A stretch of DNA of 55,994 nucleotides, counting the filler, from Sphacelaria rigidula (Eukaryota), in assembly GCA_964200075.2 (NCBI GenBank). It is 6 parts of 6 records of this genome, joined end to end, with 100 filler letters (N's around TTAATTAATTAA, not from the genome) between each part and the next. Parts side by side here need not be neighbours in the genome. Positions count along the whole stretch, not along the records: positions 46,746 to 55,994 come from CAXNAA020008932.1; 5 more parts are not named here. One strand, 5' to 3'. The notes under the pieces are model-generated. The model was given only the letters and a program-made list of their open reading frames with translations. It did not search any database and had not been told where the DNA came from. Shown here piece after piece: positions 49,957 through 55,994 of this stretch (its first letter is position 1; each line of letters opens with the position of its first letter). Position numbers and translations under genes: made by a program.

Positions 49957-50385
49957 TGAGGAAGGTTTCTCAGACGTCCGCTAGATCTCGGGAGGATGGT
50001 CCGTTTGTCTCGGAATATCGGGACAATATCACACCGAATATGCCCAAGAGTCACAGAACGTTGTACACACCAAACCCGAGGTGATCTACACGTTGAACTA
50101 AACTCTAGGCCAATGTCTGTCGGTACATGGTCCTTTGATCCATGTCCTGTTGTCTGCGATGAGCTGCATGGAGAGATCGCAGATCATCCCCACCTCAGCT
50201 CACAACAACTCCTTCTCTTCCCCTCCACTCTGTCTGTCAAGCTCACTCGAGCCCTGCCCGGTCCACTCAACGCTACCGACGTAGCTTAATTGGAAAGAGA
50301 GATCACTCTGCGTCTCGCTCGCGTTTCGCAGAGAGAGGGAGGGTTCAAATCCCTTCGTCGGTCTTCTTACCGTATACGACTCTCA
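49957..50385 (+). mobile_element. 5' LTR of a Ty3/gypsy retrotransposon
   Basis: Ends in ...CTCTCA with one spacer base before the PBS; left end taken as TGAG at 49957 (alternative TGAGA at 49884); no 3' LTR to confirm. Confidence 0.6.
50275..50363 (+). ncRNA. tRNA-like cloverleaf with Pol III A and B boxes inside the LTR; not a canonical tRNA
   Basis: Acceptor stem ACCGACG/CGTCGGT (7/7); A box TAGCTTAATTGG; T arm GAGGG-TTCAAAT-CCCTT; anticodon arm replaced by a CTCTGCG/CGCAGAG stem with a 14-nt loop. Confidence 0.75.
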
Positions 50386-50386
50386 T

Positions 50387-50404
50387 TGGCGTCGACGGTA
50401 GGAC
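50387..50404 (+). promoter_or_regulatory. Primer-binding site, complementary to a tRNA 3' end (probably tRNA-Ser)
   Basis: TGGCGTCGACGGTAGGAC(TCGAA) is complementary to TTCGAGTCCTACCGTCGACGCCA, i.e. T loop, stems and CCA; GTCGACG-CCA resembles eukaryotic tRNA-Ser ends as I recall them. Confidence 0.8.
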
Positions 50405-50419
50405 TCGAAAACGGTCACA

Positions 50420-53400
50420 TTGAATCAATCAGATGCCAAACGCTTGCCTCGATTGTCTGGTAGTGTAGAAATCGGCAATGCGAGCGATGTAGATGTACAG
50501 TCTGTACTAAATCAATATCGCACGGTTGCAGGATTTCGCGCCCAATCTGTCAGACCAAATGACCCAGAATATGCTGACAGACTCGCTTTTGAGTACTTCA
50601 GTATTATTTTCGATGGTCCAGCTGCCACAATGTATCAACAGCTAATGTCAGGATGCATTAATTGGCAAATATCTGTCATAAACACCGACACCAATGAAAA
50701 GGCCGGTTCGTTTCCTCCCCCTTCCAACTGGAAGGAACTGTCTAATGCTGTACTAGATCTTTTGATGCCTAGTAACAGTGTCGAAGAGTGCGCTCTTCGT
50801 CTCGCTTCGTTCAAGATGGAAAAAAAACGAGTCTGTCCAAAAATACGCTCTTCGTTTTTGTTCTGTCTTGACACGTTTCGAGAGATCTGTCGGTAGAGCA
50901 ACCCCTGGCCGTACGCCCTGGGTTGCCATGTCTGTCGTTTTGTGGCAAAATGGCCTCGCACCAGCCATTCAATGCCTTCACCTGTCAGAAAAGCCGGTCA
51001 CCTCTTTCCGTGAGGCTGTCGATCGTGGTAGACGCCACGAGGGTGCTAGTCTCGTTGGTGGTGCCACGACCAGTGCATTATCATTCACACACATACCCAA
51101 CCGCTTCGCAATTGCTCAAGAACAGTTCGCTCATGATGCTGCTTCAAGGGGTTACAATACCCACCATAAGAAGAAGAACCAACGCCAACATTCGTACAAA
51201 GGAAAAGCGAAAGCCAACCACAACGTCGAACCTACCCCTTCACACGAAGGAGAACGGAAAGGACGCCCGCATTGCACGTGGGACCCGTGTGAGAAGAAAC
51301 CTGGCCATACGTACGAGAACTGTTATCAGAGGCAACGGTTTGAAATCCAACAACAGCAGCTTCAACGGAAGAAGAACAAGAGAGCGAAAACTTCAGCTAA
51401 GCGTCCTGTGTCTAATAGTACAGATAGTAAAGGTAGCAAAGATGAATGATGTTGCCCAGCTGTTGTAGCGTCTGATACAGTTGGGTTGTCTCCTGTCTCA
51501 CACGGGAAAGACGTGAAGAGGAAAAAATCCCTGTCCACGTCAGCAGCAGTTGGCACTTATTCTTCAGTTGTGCCCCGAGTTCGTGTTCGGAATCAGCAAT
51601 ATGTCGTACCTTATATTCGTGACTGTACGCAGGGTACAAAGAGAAGTCAAAAGGGTACATGATTTGAGTGTCCCTTCGTTAGAAAACACCGTTGATGTTT
51701 CCCCAACTACAGTTTGTAAATCGCTGAAGCGAGTAACTTTTCCCGGTAGATTACCTGAGTCTACCAGTAGGCAGAGTCGTGAGTGTTTTCAAGAGGAAAA
51801 TGTTTGCACGAAGGAAAAAAAAAGATGATATAGCTCTTCGCTGATCCACAAACCCAAGTCTCTCTCTCTCTCTTTTTCGTCACGACGTGTCCGTGTTGCT
51901 GGATATGTCGATGACCATCACGTTGATGACGTGACTATCGACACTGCTACTGACGTGTCTATTGTTTCACGAGGATGGCTGAGAGCCCACCCAACAATGC
52001 GAAACATGCCACTCAAACCTGTTCCAACTGCTGATTTTTCATTGAGCGCACCGAACGGTTCACCAATGAATGTTCTTGGTTTCATCGATTTCCCCCTGAC
52101 TCTTGGTGACGTTACTCGTACAGTTACCGCACTCGTTGTCCCATCACTTGGACCTGATTATATACTTTTAGGCAACCAAGTCATGTCTGATTTCGGAGCA
52201 ATATTAAACTGGGAAAATCAAACACTTTCTTTCACGTCAACGGGTCTGTCAATCCCAGCAGTTCACCGCGAAAATACTGCTACACAACGTCACACTAATG
52301 CCTGTTTTACGGCACTAAATGTATCTTCGCAATCTGTCGCTACTATCAATAGCAATGCTGAGGCAAATTAAGTTGGTTTGTGTGAAATGTAAATTTAAAA
52401 CAAATGAATGAAGCTCTTGCAGTAGGTTTAACAAATTGTCTTCCACCTGAAGACTGTACAGTGATTATCGAGCCGCGAATAATAACTGAGGAGGAATTTT
52501 CAAACGACCCGCAACTGATACCCTTCCAAATATTGTTATAGCCCGCACTCTCTCTACATGGAGAGCATCGGATGGGTCTGCAGCTGTGCAAATAGCCATC
52601 CCATCTAAAGATGGTGTAGCCCTGCACGCAGGACTATGTCTCGGACACCTGTTCACAGTTACGGTCACAACTCCAACACAAATTAATGTCAGTGCAGTCG
52701 CGAAAACTTCACAGACAGCACAAGAAGTCAAACGTGCAAGATCTGAACTTGAAGGTCCTTTATCCAAGGCGTTTTCAACGACAACGCTTACCACCGACCA
52801 ACAGGCATCGGTTCTAGATTTGTGTGCTAATTTTTGACCTATTTTTTCGCTGTCTATGTCAGAATTAGGTCGCTGTACTATTGCAGAAGCAACTTTTCCT
52901 GTCCCTCCTGGTACTCGTCCTGTAGACAGACCTCCTTATCGCCCCAACCCACGTGCTTCCGCAGTAATTGACAAGTGTGTCAAGGAAATGCTGGATTGGG
53001 ACATTATTGAAAAAAGACCAAGTCCGTGGGGTAGCCCATGTACCATTGTAGTCAAACGCAATGGTAGTCCACGGTTCTTTGTTGACTATCCTCACACTCG
53101 TAACCATCATATTGTCCGCAAGAGTTGGCCCATGCCAAATCTTGAATCCTGCCTTGACGCAGTAGTTGAAGCTCTATACATTACTGTATGCGATGTCCTC
53201 AGCGCATTCTGGCAAATTCCAGTGGCCGAAGAACATGTGGACCGGACTGCGTTCGTCACACCAAACGGGAAGTACTGTTTTAAGCGTATGCCTTTTGGAG
53301 TATGCAATGCACCTTGGCTTTTCCAACATATGATGTGAATGGCTCTAGGTCATCTTGGCCCATAATCTGGTGTTCTGTCATACATGGATGATTTAATTTG

Positions 53401-55940
53401 TATCAGTTACACATTCGAAAATCATCTCCAATCGTTGGAGCAAATGTTTTCAGCACTCTAAGCAGTAGGCTTAACTCTAAAACCATCGAAAATTCAATTC
53501 GGACAGAAAGAAATCGAATACCTCGGACATACTATTTCTGCGAAAGGAATTTCTGTCAGCAACAACCGCATAGAAGCCATCCAAAAGCTGCCCACGCCAA
53601 CATGCATCAAAGATCTCAGATCAGTTTTAGGCATGTTAAATTTTGTCCAGCGTTTTGTCAAAGATTATGCTGACATCACAGCACCACTTGTCGATCTAAC
53701 TCGCAAAGAGTTTGCCCTAGAAGGAAATTTTAAGAAAGCTTGGGGTACAGCACAAGACACAGCCTTCACGAAAATTGAACAAGTGCTAGCTTCTGCCACT
53801 ATCCTACACTTTCCTGGTTTTTCGAGAGAATTTGTAGTTCATACCGATTCTTCAGAAATTGGTGTAGGCGCTTTTCTCGCTCAGCCATGCAACGATAGTG
53901 TCGACGGTAAAGAAATTGATATGGTGACATATTATAGCAAACGCTTTTTCCAAAAGCCAATGCCATTATAGTCCAACTATGAAAGAATGCCTCGCTATTG
54001 TCTGGTCTTTTGTACACTGAAGGCCATATCTCTGGGGTCAACATTTCACCTGTCATGCAGACCATCAAGCTCTCACATACTTATATAACATGCAAGATAC
54101 ATCTAACATGTTGACACGTTGGGCTATAGCACTTCAATATTTCGATTTCACTGTCAAGCATGTCCCAGTAAAATCTAATATTGTACCCGACTCACTGTCT
54201 CGTCTTTTCACAGAAGTGAACGGCGAAGAAATACCTTCTGAACCTAGGTTAGCAGCAATCTGTCGAAATGCACCAGAAAATAAACCATTTCATCCGCCTG
54301 CACCTAGAGAATACGAAGTATCCGCCTATAACTTAGACGATATAGTACCCGTGGAAAGCGACCGTGAATTATTCTCGAGTGTAGTATCTGTTTTTTCCTG
54401 CTGTTGATTCAATGGAGTTACTAGAACAACAGAAAAATGAATTCAATCAATATTTTAAATATCTTCTCGAGCCTAACTCAGCTCCTGTCCCAGCTCAACA
54501 ATCGAAATCGAGTATGAGCAAAACATTTTGTCCACGGCGATTTATGATATCGTTCTTACCGCCCTGGTCACTTACGCCGCCGCGGTGATTTCCGTGATCA
54601 CCTAGTAGTACCCGATTCACTACGGAAACTGATTATTAACGCGTGTCATGACTCACCATCTTCTGGTGGTCATTTAGCTTTCAAAGCTACATTCGACAAA
54701 GTGCGTGATCGATATTGGTGGCCTACAACCCATACGGATGTACAACAACATGTCAATAGTTGTGTATCATGTCAACACCGTGAAACTTCTCACCGTCCAC
54801 CCACCTTACCTGTGGGATATCGTCATGTCGAACGCACATTTCAATGTGTTGCAGTAGACCTTATCGAATACAAATCTCCATCAGAAGGCAATCGACACAA
54901 ACTGTCAGTGATCGATCATTTCACGAGATTTGTTATATTAATTGCCATTAAAAACAAAGAGGCTACTACAGTTGTTCGAAAACTTGTTGACCACGTTATC
55001 TCGGTATTTGGACCACCCGAAACTCTTCATTCTGATCATGGAACAGAGTTCGAAAACCATTCAGTCAAAGACTTACAAACTATCTTTGGATACAAAAAAA
55101 CACGGACAGCCGCATATCGTCCACAAGGCAATTCTGTCATGGAATGAGTACACAGCACTGTCCATAATATGCTCGCCATTTAGCAATTTAGCCTGCGCTA
55201 ACTGGGCTGAATTATTAGCTTTTGTCCAACTGGCACACAACACAGCATATTCATCAACACTCGAGGAAACACCTCATTATTTAATGTTCGGAAGAGCAGC
55301 TGTACTCCCAGTGGATCTAATCCTTGGCCTTCCAGCCACATCTGTACCGCAAACACGACTCGATTACTCTCGTCAAACTGTCAACAATTTACAACTAGCA
55401 TACGAGCTAGCCCGGCGCAATCTCAAAGAACGCGCAGATAAACAAGTGGTTGCAAATGAGAAACTGTCGTTTCCCAGTTTCAAACAAGGCGATAATGTTT
55501 TGATACATCGCCCATATCACGAGTCTGACGGTCCCAATCCTCAGCTTTACAGCCCATGGCATGGTCCGTATGTAGTCCGAACGCAACTGTCACCAGTTAC
55601 CTACCGAGTCAGTGAACCAAAGGATCCGGCGGAAATAACTTTTCACCTTGGTCGCATGAAAAAATACAACGATCCTATATCGTCACCTGTCCCCGACCTT
55701 GAAGCGCTCGACGGCATATTCTTAGGAACAACTCTTGAAGTCCCAGACCTTGATGGTTCAGTGCACAAGGTCATGTAAGGACCATATACGGTAGAGTATA
55801 TTGATGGTCATAAGCGGGGGGTTGGAGCCGGTTCACAAGAGAATTTCCAATATCATATCAAAATCAAGGATTGGCCTCCTCAACGTGGAGTATGGCGACA
55901 TATCGTACCATTCAACAATGTCACGAGTCATCCTACGATA
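50420..55940 (+). pseudogene. Decayed Ty3/gypsy gag-pol: Gag (50420-51449), protease, RT, RNase H, integrase, GPY/F, chromodomain-like tail
   Basis: Gag knuckle CTWDPCEKKPGHTYENC with a frameshift in the A-run near 50820; VTIDTATDVSIV; SPWGSP, AFWQIPV, RMPFGVCNAP, YMDD at 53381; TDSSEIGVGA, NIVPDSLSR; H..H..CVSC, VAVDL, SDHGTEF; WHGPY. Order PR-RT-RH-IN; many stops and frameshifts. Confidence 0.95.
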
Positions 55941-55994
55941 GGGGGGGGGGCGTACTCATTTGTTGCTTGCCTTAGTCATTTGACCATTGACCAC
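55941..55994 (-). mobile_element. 3' end of the LINE family seen at 30436-30942, inserted antisense into the gypsy element
   Basis: Reverse complement GTGGTCAATGGTCAAATGACTAAGGCAAGCAACAAATGAGTACG(C)10 versus GTGGTCAATGGTCGAACGACCAAGTCAAGCAACGAATGAGTACG(C)9 at 30463-30515. Confidence 0.85.

Noticed and set aside
50275-50363. Genuine intron-containing tRNA gene
   Set aside because: There are extra bases between the D arm and the next stem and no U33-type anticodon loop in any register; kept only as tRNA-like.
55941-55950. G10 as the gypsy polypurine tract
   Set aside because: It is not followed by a TG-starting LTR; the adjacent sequence is the antisense LINE 3' end.

Overview
Eukaryotic, intron-rich, repeat-rich DNA of roughly 50% GC. 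Splice signals and transposon types suggest a stramenopile, probably a brown alga (inference). The window is not one locus: six segments of exactly 9249 bp (1-9249, 9350-18598, 18699-27947, 28048-37296, 37397-46645, 46746-55994) are joined by identical 100-bp N/TTAATTAATTAA/N linkers, so adjacency across linkers carries no biological meaning. Segment 1 holds the last four exons of a minus-strand coiled-coil protein gene. Segment 2 holds a long-TIR element containing a tRNA-derived SINE that itself contains a MITE, plus a foldback and weak orphan exons. Segment 3 holds seven 3' exons of an annexin with an acidic and Pro/Tyr/Gln-rich C-terminal tail. Segment 4 holds a second nested SINE/TIR/MITE stack, LINE 3' fragments ending in poly(C), and a pseudogenised fusion of a GT4 glycosyltransferase with a CDP-alcohol phosphotransferase. 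Segment 5 holds tandem repeats, a 91-bp palindrome and the 5' half of an intact-looking Ty1/copia element. Segment 6 holds a MITE, a SINE and a decayed Ty3/gypsy element whose 5' LTR contains a tRNA-like cloverleaf with Pol III A/B boxes just upstream of the primer-binding site. The best candidates for something new are the tRNA-like module in a gag-pol-coding gypsy LTR, the GT4/CDP-alcohol phosphotransferase fusion, and the poly(C)-tailed LINE. All family assignments come from motif recognition by eye; no searches were run.
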